Shown here: in pieces, positions 25,861 to 38,780 of the stretch
How the letters are laid out: each line of letters opens with the position of its first letter
Position numbering within the stretch: the first letter of the stretch is position 1
Assembly (NCBI GenBank): GCA_026914245.1
Contig: CP110439.1
Location: 1,240,001 to 1,304,000, forward strand
Reading direction: 5' to 3'
DNA length: 64,000 nt
Origin: Puccinia triticina
Lineage: Eukaryota
Made by a program: the position numbers and the translations under genes
Notes under the pieces: model-generated
The model's database searches: none
What the model was told of the DNA's origin: nothing
Seen by the model: the letters and a program-made list of their open reading frames with translations, nothing else

Positions 25861-26940
25861 ATTAGTGATATTTGGCAACCATTCACATTGTAGCTGCTAC
25901 ATTTGGGGGTTTTGTGGTCATTCAAGGTACACAATTCATCTTTGAGGGCATTTAATCATTTTGGTACCAATATCATTGAAGAATTCCCACGCTGCGCTGA
26001 GATATAGTGGCAGAAACACCAAGAAACTACCAAATTGGTGATATTTGGCAACTGATCACATTGTGGCTGCTACATATGGGGGTTTTGTGGTCATTCCAGG
26101 TACTCAAAGAATCTTTGAGGGAATTTGATCATTTTGATACCAATATTATGGAAGAAATCCCACGCTGCGCTGAGATATAGTGGCAGAAACACCAGAAACT
26201 ACCAAATTAGTGATATTTTGCAACTGATCACATTGTGGCTGCTACATTTTGGGGTTTTGTGTTCATTCAAGGTACAAAATGAATCTTCAGGGGCATGTGT
26301 TCATTTTCTTCCCAATATCATGGAAGAAATCCCACGCTGCGCTGAGATATAGTGGCAGAAACACCAGAAACTACCAAATTAGTGATATTTTGCAACTGAT
26401 CACGTCCTAGCTGCTACATTTGCGGGTTTTGTGGTCATTCAAGGTACAAAATTAATCTTCAGGGGAATTTGATCATTTTGGTACCAATATCATGGAAGAA
26501 CTCCCACGCTGTGCTGAGATATAGTGGCAGAAACACCAAGAAACTACCAAATTAGTGATATTTGGCAACTGATCAGCCTGTAGGGCTACATTAGGGAGTT
26601 TCATGGTAATTTAAGGTACACAATGAATCCTTGGGGACTATTGATCATTTTGAAACCAATATCATGGAAGAACTCCCAGGTTGTGTTGAGATATAGTGGC
26701 AGAAACACCAAGAACCTACCAAATTAGTGAGATTTGGCAACTGATGAGATTGTAGCTGCCACATTTGGGGGTTTTGTGGTCATTCAAGGTACACAATGGA
26801 TCCTTGGGGGCTACTGAACATTTTGATACCAATATCATGGAAGAACCCCCAGGCTGTGTTGAGATATAGTGGCAGAAACACCAAGAAACTACCAAATTAG
26901 TCATATTTGGCAACTGATCAGATTGCAGCTGCTGCATAAT
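25861..26940 (-). repeat. 173-bp tandem satellite array, ~6 units, inverted
   Basis: Reverse-complement units start directly at the junction gatcagttgccaa|attagtgatatttggcaacc with no spacer. Confidence 0.95.
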
Positions 26941-29769
26941 GGATGTGACCCCAAAAACATTATTCCTGGGTTTTATATTCAGGAAAATTGTCCAACGAAA
27001 TTTTATGTGGAAATATTCCTCATTAATCTGTGGTTGATAACAAAAGTAGATAAAAAAAAGAACCTGACAAAAATATGCTAACCCATGGTAAACTAATTTC
27101 AAAAAGGCCTCCTATGCATGTAGCACTTCAAGTATGATATGCAATATCTTGAGCAAGTTCAACCAACCAAATTAAAAATGTGTGCAGGATGGTATCATGA
27201 GAGAGGTCAGGGGTCAATGTTTTTCCTCTTTTGAAAAAAAGTCGATTTGGAGACTTCTGATAACATCAATTGTTGAAGTAAAAGAAAAAGAAAAAAAAAT
27301 TGAGACCCCTCAGCTACCCTGGATTAATCCTAAAACTTGCAACATCTTTTTTTCAGGAAGAATTGAGTGGTTTATGTAGAAATTTATGAATGTTATCAGG
27401 CAAAAGAAAAAAAAAATTCCTGTGGCTTGAAGCTAACACAGGCAGAAGGAGAGAGATTATAGAATAGTATCAAGGAGACATGGAAAACAGACAAAGGTAT
27501 CAAGAGGAATAATAAAAAAAAAATTGATCAATATAAATTGATCAATATACGCTATATTGATCAATATACGACATTGCAAATTCATCCATCTTGGTAGTGA
27601 TAGGTCGTTTTTATTGTCGGATACGCTGGCCACACCTGCTGGGCGGGAAGTTGCCCGGCCGGCGCTGGCGTTGGGGGGGCGATTAGATGGTCCCTTTGCT
27701 GAGCTCCACGCTTGTGGAGCGGAGTAGTTTGGCGGTTTGATTGGGGTGACAAAAGAATTTGGGACAATGACCCAATTTCGGTCGCGGGGAGCCGAGCAGG
27801 TTGCATTTGGTGAGCCGCAGTGCTCTCTGCACCAGTGGCAGCGCCCCACTGAATCCAAATATGAATGGATCCTCCAGCGGAGCTCATATGACATAAGTCC
27901 AATTGGTTTATCTTCCAAGGGCGCTTGTGTGGTTGCGTTGGTGTTGGAGTTCTTCAGTTTTCCTTGGTTGGCTGGCGGTAGGCGCTTTGGCAGGGCCTTG
28001 TAGAACGTTCTGACTTGTTTTGCAAAGCGGTTATACTTGAAGGGCTCCGCCTTGAGCAACTAAAATTTCTGTACGTTGCTTTGTAGTTCCTCGGGGAGAC
28101 CGATTGTCATCCATTCTGCAAGGCTGAGGTCCGGGATTACGGGGTTTTTGCAGTCAAAATTCACCATGCGTTGAAGTGTTCTAGCGCAGGTCTTGAATTG
28201 AGTAAACGATTCATTGTTCTCCATCTTCAAGCCGCGAATTTTTGATTTTAGGGTGTGGCGCCAATGGACCGGAATTGCCATCTCGAAGAGCGCCTCTTTG
28301 AAAACATTCCATGGCTTTCCCAGGTAGCTCTTTGCTTTGTTCGAGTAGAAGGAGAGTAGGTTAGTTTCTTTGATTAAAGTCCCGGTGATCTTGATCTTGT
28401 CGTCGTCCGAGGATACCGTCTTTGTATCAAAGAAGATTTGTAAACTGTTGATCCATGCCAAGAACGGCTCAGTTTCTTGGAATGAGCCGGTGTAGGTAGG
28501 GCCGTCAGAAGTGCGGAAGCGTTGCAGATCTACATGATCGTCTTGCGGGGCTGCAGCTGGAGTTTGAGACAACTCTCTCTTTGCTGTTGATCGGATGAAG
28601 GCCTCCTCAATTCTTGCTAAGCGCTCGGCGTCCGCGTTAGCTTGCTCGTCTGCTGCCTTTTGTGCTGCCATTGCTCTCCGGTCCGCTGCTCTTTGTGCCT
28701 CTAAACTAGCTTGTTGGATCTGCAGGGACATGCGTTGCATTTCTGCAATGAGCCCTAGTGCGTCTACGCCTGTGCTGGGGTTTTGGGTTGGCGCTCCAGG
28801 AGGTGTTTCGTTGACCGGTTTGTCTCCTGTATTCAAAGGCATACTGGGTAGAGTGTATGACATGGGGGGTTGGGGTTTAGAACTGGGAGAGTGATTTGTG
28901 GAGGGATCCGGTGAGCCTTGTATGTCTGCTGTTTTTGCTGGGGGTGGTAGTGCTGGGAGTGTGGACAGTAAAGGATTGAACGGTCCCGGAGGTGGCGGGG
29001 GGGGGGGGTTTAATTGATTCCGGGTGAATCGGGGCCCAAGCTTTAACTACAGGGGGAACGTCACTATTGGCTGAGAAGAACAAGGTTGCTGGGCTACTTG
29101 GGAAGCCTATTGCCTGAGGGAGCGTTAGGAAGACGGAGAGCGATGCTGGGCAAGAGTTTGTCTTGAGCGGTTGAGGTGCTGGAATTGGTTGGGTGTGGTT
29201 TGATGAGGATTCCTCGGAGGTTTTCGTTTCTGAGGGGGCTGCTGTTCTTGCTAATTTGGCTGCCGCTGCTGCCGTTTGTTTTGCTTTATTTGCTGCCCGC
29301 AGAAGCGCTTCAGTGTCTGTCGGTGGGGGCAGTTGATCGGACAAGGTAGTTCTCCTAGTGGACATGAGAGTCCTGTCCTCGCGGTGGCCGGTCAAAGACG
29401 AAGGGGGTACAAAGGGGTTGAGTGTTGGGGGTGCAAAGAGGGGGATTTCCTGTGATGCAAAGCGAAGTGGAACGAGGGGGCGAGGGCGTCAAAGTGGAGG
29501 TTTTAGAAAAAAAAAGTGTAAGCGCTTGGATTGGGAGCGCTTCACTGAGTGGGCTAAGGAGACAAGGGACAAAGGCACAAAGTTCTAGAACCTCTGTATG
29601 AATTGCAAAGGGGCTAGTTTGGGGGAAGTCTCAGTACTTCCCTCGAAATACAATTGGAGAGAGAGTGAGAGAGAAAATGGAAAAGAAGGGAAAAGGTCCC
29701 ACTCACCTAGTTCGGGGGAAGTCTCAGTACTTCCCTGCCGAACTAGGATAGTGAGAATCTGGGGACTAA

Positions 29770-30660
29770 GAGCATTTCCACCGCGGGCGGTATTTTCGGG
29801 GCGCTAAAATTTGATCTCTGGCAGTACGCAGCCAGTTTTAGCGCCCCAAACTGCTGCAGCATACACCGCGAGAGTCTGTAAAAAGTCATGAAAGGCATGC
29901 GTCGCCCCCGGTCCACTCCCCCGTCAAATCCACCCGGTTATTGAAGGGAGTTCTCTTGTTGATGATCGGAACAAAGCGGGTCGTTCCGGTCATCGTGCAG
30001 AGTATATACCCCTCTTGATAACTGGAACGAACCAGCCATCGAGGGGAGTAAATATGTACCTCCCTCGATGAGGTTGGAACAATCCGGGCTGTTCCGGTCA
30101 TCGTGGGGAGTATATACTCCCCTCAATAATTGGAACGAACCGGCCAACTCCCCTCGATGATCAGAACAGACCAGTTTGTTCCAGTCATCATGGGGAGTAT
30201 CCTCTTGATGACCGAAAGGAACCAGACATCAAGGGGAGTATGTACTCCTCTCAATGACCGGAGGAACCGGCCATCAAAGGGAGTATGTACTCCTCTCAAT
30301 GACCGGAACAAACGGGCCATCGAGGGGAGTATGTACTCCTCTCGATGACCGGAACAAACGGGCCATCGAGGGGAGTACCTCTTGATGGCCGGCCTGCCTT
30401 GGCCTGTGAAGGGATTGTACATTCGGGGGTGTGAGCTGTAGTTTCACGAGGAGTTTGGTGTGTGAAAGGGAGTTGAGGTGGGGATGAATGAGTCCCTAGT
30501 GAGTCCCTCGGAGTCCCTACATGTAGGGACTCGAGGTCGATATTTAGGGACGGCCGTAAATTTTCGACACAAATAGCGCCCGCGGTGGGTCGGGTTGAGG
30601 GGGTAAACTCCTGAAATTTCCAACTAGGGCCCCGATTTAGGGCCCGCGGTGGAAATGCTC
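29770..30660. mobile_element. 891-bp PIF/Harbinger (Tourist-like) MITE within an LTR
   Basis: 19-bp TIR gagcatttccaccgcgggc; TSD taa; the sister LTR shows the empty site ggggactaagtgggc; internal 45-46-bp tandem repeats. Confidence 0.93.
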
Positions 30661-31338
30661 TAAGTGGGCAGTTGGTGTTGGTCGGTGGTCCTCCTGTGAA
30701 CCTCTCTGTGAGCTTGCGGGAGCCGCGGCTCACAACAAGTCCCTCCCTGCAGGAGGTGCCTAGCCTAACTAAGCCTCTTGAACAGAGTGGGGGACACCCG
30801 CGTCCCAAAGGGACTCTCCGTAGGAGAGGGTTATGACTAATGTTGTGATTTTGGCTTGAGGGTTTGGGTTGTTTGTGGCTTTCTAGCCATATTTCTTCTT
30901 TTTCCCCTCACACAACATAAACCATTCCAACCCAGGTGAAGCTATGAAGGGGTGGAACAGCCAAGCTTCTTGGCTTCCATTTCCTGTCCTCAAAGTGAAA
31001 ATCTATTGCACGAGCTGAATTGGGCAAGACATCTAAAACAGAGCTTGGTTCCTGGGGATTGAATTGAATAATGTAATGTTTTTCATTAAATTCACATGAT
31101 ACAGCTCAGAATGACCTTCAAAACCAAAAGTTTGAAGGAGCATGGAAAGAGAAGGGTTGGGTTCTCAGGGATGAGTGTAGTGTCAAAAGATGGGGAAGAA
31201 CCAGAGGATTCTCATGGTCCAAAGGGCGTGTGGGGGGCTGTTTGGGAAGAAGGTCAAAATTGGGATGTCCCCCACCAAAAGACCTCAAACCCTCAGGCTG
31301 AAATGTGGACATTAGTCCCAAGTCCCTCCTTTGGATAA

Positions 31339-31542
31339 GGGTGTTCAAAGTTGAAATCATAAAATTTCCAATGCATAAAATCATAAAATCATAAAATCAT
31401 AAAACTTTCAAGTGATGATTTCATATGTACCATTCTAGAAATGTTGCTCTAATTTGAGTGCTTGGGTGCAACATATTTTTTCAGCTTAGAATTTTATGAT
31501 TTTATGGTGTTATGGTTTTATGCAAGTCAACTTTGAACACCC
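31339..31542. mobile_element. 204-bp palindromic MITE, probably Harbinger-like
   Basis: TIR gggtgttcaaagttga / tcaactttgaacaccc; cataaaat repeats inside; flanks taa / tag (one mismatch). Confidence 0.75.
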
Positions 31543-33460
31543 TAGATGTTGCGCTTTGCACCAGCCCAGGCTGTACCAGGGCCCTCCAATGTGGGGGACT
31601 TGTGTTAAGTTAGGGGAGGGGCCGCTTCGCCGCCAGCCTCAGCAAGCCTCCCACCAGGGGCAAACTTAACACAAGCGTACCCTCCTTGGGGGAGCGTAGC
31701 AACCTCCAAAGGAGGGACTTGCCTCTAAATTTCCATGTCTTGCCCTACAGGATTGAGACAAATGGCAGGGAGGACCCTACTCTCCCCCATTTTCCCCAAT
31801 ACCTCCCTGTTTCCTCTTGATTCATCCCGTGCCCTTTGCACCATTGGAATGGCAAGCTTCTTAGCTTATTTTTGCCCACTTCAAACTCCCCCATATCCAC
31901 CTCCCCTGGCAAGAAACGTCCTGTAAATTTTTTTACATGGCAGATTTATGTGAGCAATCCCCCCCTTCGAGACTGCGCGGGCTCAGGGAATTTCAAATTT
32001 TGACCAAAAACGGCTGGATCACCACTCCAGAACCACTTCAGGGCAGGAGGAGTGGGCTAGTAATCATGGGGGCCAGTTGGGTAAAAAATGGTGAAATGGA
32101 AGCTGAGATTGCAGGCTACAAGTCAGCTGTCTACTCAGATCTTTTTTAAACTAAAAACATTTTGAAAAGAAAATAGGTGTTTTTTTGCCAGAAATTCTCA
32201 AGTCTGTAGGGCCGATGGTGTGACTTTAGAGGTAAGCCTCTCCTTAATTCGGAGGCAAGACTTAGGGCCTGTACCATGGGCCACAATTTTGAAAAATTTC
32301 AACTTTTTTTGCCCTGTACACAAAAATTGAAAACTAGCGGAGGGTTCAAATGTTGAAATTTTTCACATTTGGGCTCAAGCCTACACGGCAGTTGCGCGGA
32401 TTAAGGTTTCGCCCGTCAAAACTGCCGTCAAAGAAAAAACACCCGCCTGATTGACCGCCCACCTGTTGGCCTCCGGTCAGCCGGCAAAATGACCACCAAA
32501 ATACCAACCAACCTGCCGGATGTTGCAGTCAGGTAAGTACATCCCAACTCACCGGTAACTACGGTGGACCTGGACCGACACCATTTGTGTCAACGAAAAC
32601 GAAAAACAAAAACCAAACTTTTCGGCCTGTTTCAAAGGCAGTACATGTGTACACACCTTTTCGGTCGGGCTGAAACGAGTACCAAAACCCAATAACCTTC
32701 CCGGGCCTTCAAAATCAGGCCCAACCTTTTTCATCAGGCCCGAGTCATTGGTGAGTATGTACATATATAATTTTTGACTTATGGGGTTGCAAGCTCACTG
32801 TCGGACCCCCCACGCGACGCGCTGATGACCTCGCACACGTCCCTCGACATCACCATGAACACCCCCAGCCACTTCTGTCGTTGGGTTGTCGGTCAGAGAG
32901 TGCCCAAAGAGCTTCCGTGATGTACAGTACATATTAAACCTGTCCGATCTAGAGCAGAGGTGTACTGTCAGGGGGCTTTGCCAGGCCAATAGCTTGTAAC
33001 TATAACCTGGCTGAAGCCGATGCCTGGAACTAACGGCATGAGCATATTTTTTCTTTGCCTTGGTACTTGCATCTCACAAGCCTGGTCAGATTATCGTATT
33101 GATATGGCCTAGGATGAGCTTAAAATTTACGAACGAATTATTGTAATCATTACACATGGCAAATGAAGCAATGTTGCCTGCCTGGTTCAGGTTGCATTGA
33201 TTGCGTTGGAAACAGCAAGGTGCTTCCAGTCTGGCTGACTGCACTTCAACTTTGACACGGCCAGGCCTACCAAGATCAGCAAATCAGTGAGATCATCCAA
33301 TGCCTGGGCCAGCCAAGCCCCGTCCTTAAAAATAAATCAAATCAACCTTAAAAACCGTACCCCACCAGTCATCCATACAAAACTACATCAACCAGTCATC
33401 GCAAACTATTACCATAGCTCACTTTTAAGCATCTTACCTACTTTTAACCATCTTAACATC

Positions 33461-35436
33461 ATGCCCCTTTGCAAGAAGTGCAAAAAATGGACCCAAGATG
33501 AGCTATGGAGTGATTCATGCCGTACTTGCCTTGAAGCCTTCCTGCTAAAAAAACCTCCATCCCTTCCAAATCGTCCGTCTCAGTCATCCCAATCACATCG
33601 CACTCAACCAGTTCCATTCTCCAATCCATTTAATGCAAAATCAAACACCCTGCCAGCCGCTTCCAGATCCTACATCCCAGCCCAATCAAACTCTCTCAGT
33701 GCGAATCATGCTGGTGAGAATGCATATGCGCGTCATCTTGCCCAAGAATCACGGATGACAAAGTCAAAAGAACCCACGAAGGCTAGCAAACCAAACACTA
33801 GGACAATCAACTGCTCACTCATGCTATACAAAGATGGAGTCCTTCTGGACAAGAAAGGGCTTTTTTGCACCAAACAGCTTGTCAATCTCAACGACCCAAG
33901 TCTCTACGATAATTTGCGCGTCCAACTTTGGAAGGTTTTTGCTCCCGATATTGTTGCGCATACCGAAATCAAGTCCCTTGCCATTTCGCCTATGAGGTAT
34001 CTCTTCCTGGGCCAAGGTACTGCTAAGATACCCAACCAAGAAGTACTGAGCAGTTTAATCAGTGAGACTTCCTCTCGCAAGAAGCTTGTCCTTGACCTCA
34101 TGTATTTTCATCCCGGAACCAACGACTCCAGTCCATCATCCTCTCAAGACATGTCCTCAACGATAAATCAGACCAAAAATTCCTACACAGTTACTGAAAC
34201 ACAATCAAGAAAGCGTAGGAATACCTCACCAGCAAAAGTCACAAACAGCTCAAAAGCAATTCACAAGTCGTGGGCTCTTGGCATCTCAGCTGCCTCCAAG
34301 CGAGTAAAAAATCTGGAAGAGTTGGCAGCACATCTGGGTCGCCTCAGCAAGCGTGTACTTCATACAACTGATCAAACTACTAGCGGTCCAGATCCTGAGT
34401 GGATAATTGGAAATCGCTTATGTTTCTTCACCGGCCCCCCTCCAACTACCTCAACACCACCATCCTCTACATTTCAACTCTCAAATGGCATTCATGTCGC
34501 TACCTACCCAATCACCTATCGAGTCAACCTGAATCAAAAAATAGGTGAAGGAAGCATGCGAACAGCTTATGCTGCTCAGGTGAAAACTGACCTGGGAGGA
34601 GGACATCAGCATATCAATCACTGGGTAGCAAAAGTACGGAGGACCGATGTTGAGCCATCCATCCACAAACATGCAACTGATGCCCTTATGTATGAGGGAT
34701 TTGCGTATCTCCTTCAAGAATATAAGGAGAGTCTGTTGAATTGTACTCAGTTGGATGAAAGTCTTGCAATCAAGGCTTCCAATATTCAGGTCAGTCAAAC
34801 TCCATCTCAAATTATATTCTAGCAAATTAAGGTACTGAAACTATTTTTCCCTCTATCCTTTAGCTTGTTCTTCATGCAGTAGTGGCTACTGGTGATATAA
34901 AATCACCAACCAACGTATACTTCCTAGAATCAGCAATCAATGGACCTTACGTCAAATATTCAAGCAACATCAACTTCTCAATACCACAGAATCAAGAAGG
35001 CATGGATGTCGAATTATTCAAACTGATGGATGCTTTTACCCATTGGTCATATAACCAATCACATGGAAAGTATTTGGTTAGTGACCTGCAGGGTGTTGGT
35101 GCAATGCTTACTGACCCACAAATTGTTGATATGGATCCAGAGTAATTTATTTAACCTATTATCCAATCTACCTATGAGTAATACTAATCTGATGATTCTT
35201 TTAGTTGCTGGTCTGATGGTAATACCAGTGTTGAAGGAATCAAATCCTTCTTAAACACGCATAAATGTCATCCAGGAAATGAGGTGTGCGAGGCTCTGAA
35301 TCTTGGAAAAGCAGTTGACTTGAAATGGACGAAACCTCCTCACTCATTAGCTCACCTTCTGGCCTCAAGATATCAAAGTGCTTCACAATCAAATTACTTC
35401 AATTCTACGGCAGGCTCCCAAAACTTCAATAAATGA
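33461..35436 (+). CDS. Alpha-kinase (eEF2K/MHCK-type) with N-terminal Cys4 motif; 3 exons
   Basis: Exons 33461-34789, 34864-35141, 35205-35436 splice in frame (GT-AG). Motifs IGEGSMRTAY, VAK, YFLES..GPYVKYSSN, AFTHWSY, LVSDLQG, LTDPQI, GNT...F..THKC....C. Confidence 0.9.
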
Positions 35437-35879
35437 ATGAACTTTTAGAAAATTTATCCAGTATTTTTTCTTTGTAAACACTTTCCTCAACTTCTCTATC
35501 TTCATTTTATTGCATCATTGGAATGGTTTCTTCTAGACTTTTTATTACATTTACTTCCTGTTTTACTCTTTGATTTTTAAAGTAAAAAATTTCCTTTCTT
35601 GTAAATACTTTAAGCTTTCCATTTATATTCTTATATTAGCTTTTTCTTTCTTGACTTTGCTCCTCACATATTACATGTTTACATCTTTCCTCACTATACT
35701 AGAAAAATAACCTTTCTTGTAAATACTTATACGCTATTAGCTTTTCATCTTACAAAATTTCATTGTTATTGATTTCAGCCATATTTCATCTTTTCATCCT
35801 TTCTGACCATGTTTTAAAAAATCTTTTTCTTGTAATTATTGAAATGCTATTCATACAAAGTTGCATTACAAAACTTGAC

Positions 35880-36015
35880 CAAAAAACTGCATTGGCTCAA
35901 ACTTAACATTGAGAAGTCTTGCATTACTCCGCCAAAAAGAGCTATACAAAAAACTGCATTGGCTCAAACTTAACATTGAGAAATCTTGCATTACTCCGCC
36001 AAAAAGAGCTGTACA
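35880..36015. repeat. ~67-bp direct tandem duplication
   Basis: caaaaaactgcattggctcaaacttaacattgagaa.tcttgcattactccgccaaaaagagct present twice. Confidence 0.9.
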
Positions 36016-37124
36016 GCAAGACATATGTTTACACAGATTGCAATATTAGCTAACCTTATCAGCTAAATTTTTGTTCCAGCCAGTAAGTTTTTAGTATCTT
36101 TAATGTATTCTTCATTTTGGATCGCGTGATTCAGGTCGGTATAGTCGGAAGAAGGAAGGAATTTCGGGACCATTGGGATCTTGTTCAGATTCCAGGGGAA
36201 GCGGTGCAATCGTGTCTTGGGATCCTTCCATTTATACCAACGTATCATTGGCAGATAAAAACAGATAGTAAGCATATGCCAAAACACGTTTTATGTATCA
36301 ACACAAAAAAAGGAAAGCGATAGACAAAAGACAGATCACTGTTTGGAATAACAACATCAAAGATGCCTGCCGATTCTGCTCGGTTTTACCCAACGGCTGA
36401 TCGGAACAACTGTTACTAGCAGGAGCGGCGATTGAATCAAATTTTTCGCATCATTGATGCACATCACTCAAAGTCAGGCTGAATCTGTTATGGTTCACAG
36501 GGACTGCAAAAACATCGAAGGCCCAGGTATCGACCAGGGGCAGACTGCTTCGCATCTCCAGATTCCCACGCAGGATGCGGACTCTAGACAAGATTGTGAA
36601 CAGGAGATGAAAAGGGCTTTCCATGCTGGCCAACCCTTCCACCAAGGAGAATTGATGATAATAGACGAATAATAGCGTATATGTACTAATCACTCCCGTC
36701 CAGTGTTCAATTCGCATTGCAGACACACTTTTTTTGGCAGGGGAAGAGTGATAGAGATATCAAAGCTAGCTACAGCGATGCAAATGGCGACCCAAAAGGT
36801 CATGGGTAAATGCCAATCAAGGAAGTTGCGGATGGGTTTCAGGATAAATAGATGAATGACTTCCAACGAAGTATGGTTTCAAGGAGCCTGAACCAGAAAA
36901 AGTGCTTCCCTTTTGAGTGCTGGGCATGGAAACTGGTGGCTTGCATTGTTGACCAGGGTTGCACCTACCAAGCTCTACACTTCGCATTCTGAACCAGTAA
37001 ATGAAAGCTTTCAACACCTTGCTTCTCCGATTCATATTCATCATCAATTCCTCAAAGAAAAAACCCCAGTAGCGTAATCTGCTTCAAACTAGTTCAAGAG
37101 TCTTAATTCCTTTCGATTTAAACT

Positions 37125-38780
37125 ATGGATCCTCCTGATACCTCAGATGGAACTGAACCAGACTATTCATCGGCCACTTCAAATTTCAGCTATCCAGACC
37201 GTTCAGATTTCCCAGAGGTTCTTTCGGAGAATGACATTAAGGAGGTCATTGCTTCTCTTGTATCTCAGAAAAAAACAGGTCAAGAAATCCACTGGTTCTT
37301 AGTAGAGGAATGTGGGATAAAGATGTCTTTAAGTACCCTCAATCGCCGACGATCTCAGTGGGGACTTCGCAATTGTGACCTCCCAAAAAAATCAACCACC
37401 TCCGAACTTCGACCAGACTTACAAGCATCAATTGTTGATTCACACCAACAGAATTTCACTGTCTCTGAAATGAAATCAAAACTAATGAAAGATACTGGTC
37501 ATGATGTAGCTAAGCGTACTGTAGAGAGATACTTGGTACGCCTCAATTTAAAACAAAGACGCAATGACATAGCTGAAGGAAAAGTGACCAGAGAAGAGGT
37601 CAAATCACTCATGCACCATGCAAGAACCCAATTACTGGCACACTCGGCTGGATACAGAAGGATGAGGAAGATTTTGATTCAAGAATATCAAACCCACGTA
37701 CCTAGGTATGTTTGACTTTGACTGTCCTTATCAAATAAATACTAATCCAGGTTTCTATTAATTCCAACTAGACTCCTTGTATATGAACTCTTATCTGAGC
37801 TAGACCCCGAAGGAATGTCTGAAAGGCTGCGCCATGCTTGCAAACGTAGAGTCTTCAGGACAAATGGTCCAAATCACATCTGGGCGGCAGACGGCCACGA
37901 CAAGTTGAAACCATATGGAATTGCAATCTACGGCTTTATTGATGCTTGGTCCCGAAAAATTCTAGGAATGTACGCTCATGTCACCAACAATGATCCCAAG
38001 CATGTTGGGGTATACTTCCTTGAAGTGGCGGCAAAATCTGGTGGAATTCCACTGATGGTCACCACAGACCGTGGAACTGAAACTGGTGAAATGGCTGGAT
38101 ATTTGGGTCAACTCACTCAAGCATATTTGGGAATCACATTTGAAGAAGCAAACACACACATGCATTACACCAAGTCCACACACAACCAGAAAATTGAGTC
38201 ATTATGGTCAAGGATGATGAAGGAGCACAACAGACCAGTAATTGATATGATTTTGAGACAAATGGAAGCGGGGAAATATAATCAGGATGATGAAATTGAA
38301 AGGCCAGTTTATGATTTCAAATCAAATACTTTTGGAACTTTTTGGGCTGACTTCCTTGCCAATAGACTCTTGTTCCTGTTCCTTTGGATTCCAGTGCTTC
38401 AAATGAGCATTAACCGATGGGTATCAATCTACAATGCATCAAGAAAAAGGAAGGACAAATTCACAGAGCTTCCCACGTCATGCTCTCCAAACTTTTCATA
38501 CTCAACTCCTGAACACTTTGGAGCCACAAATCAAATTATTCAAGTTCAGAAACAACACATCGAATCTATTTTGGAAAATGATTACCCAGAAAGACAGGAA
38601 ATGTTTACTCACACACCTGACTGGTTCCATCAGTTAGCTAGTGCTGTAATGCAAGAGCTGGGTTATGATTTTTTGGAGATCTCACTTGGAGGTGTCTGGT
38701 CTGTCTTTGATGAAATGCTTCCATATATTATTGCTAATTTGCCTCCTGGTCACAATCCAGTCCCTCCTGCAAACCCTTAA
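37125..38780 (+). CDS. IS3EU-type DDE transposase (HTH/Clr5-like N-terminus plus integrase core)
   Basis: Exon 37125-37705, intron 37706-37771, in-frame join ..VPR|LLVYELLSELDPEG. Motifs GPNHIWAADGHDKL..YGFIDAWSRKI, TDRGTE, STHNQKIESLW. Possible in-frame GC-AG intron ~38303-38365. Confidence 0.88.

Larger units (their letters stand above)
18869..27599. mobile_element. 8.7-kb non-coding CACTA foldback element
   Basis: cactaccaagatggatgaattt...aaattcatccatcttggtagtg; TSD ata (18866-18868, 27600-27602); ~630-bp near-identical unique arms followed by inverted 173-bp arrays. Confidence 0.95.
18321..29365 (-). pseudogene. Gag-like pseudogene split by the CACTA foldback element
   Basis: MSTRRTT start at 29365; ORF pieces 28060-28863 and 27603-28059 (WRIHSYLDSVGRCHWCREHC); frame rejoins across the insertion as ..KNDL|YPEMEQAATAAI, homologous to NDDLFPHLDLTSATAL in the + copy. 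Confidence 0.8.
17826..30734 (-). mobile_element. Gag-only LTR retrotransposon (~3.28 kb net) expanded to 12.9 kb by nested insertions
   Basis: LTRs at 17826-18149 and 29517-30734 (latter split by a MITE); perfect TSD acaag at 17821-17825 and 30735-30739; PPT (ttctccccctctat on +) at 18150. Confidence 0.92.

Noticed and set aside
19545..26940. CRISPR-like array or repeat-protein gene
   Set aside because: Whole 173-bp units repeat with no unique spacers; 173 is not a multiple of 3 and ORFs are short; eukaryotic context.
32549..32764. Duplicated 70-aa ORF also at 45622-45831
   Set aside because: By-product of the IS3EU terminal inverted repeats.
36063..37047. Possible small multi-exon gene divergent from the IS3EU transposase
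   Set aside because: Only short ORFs; no consistent exon chain or motif could be built by eye.
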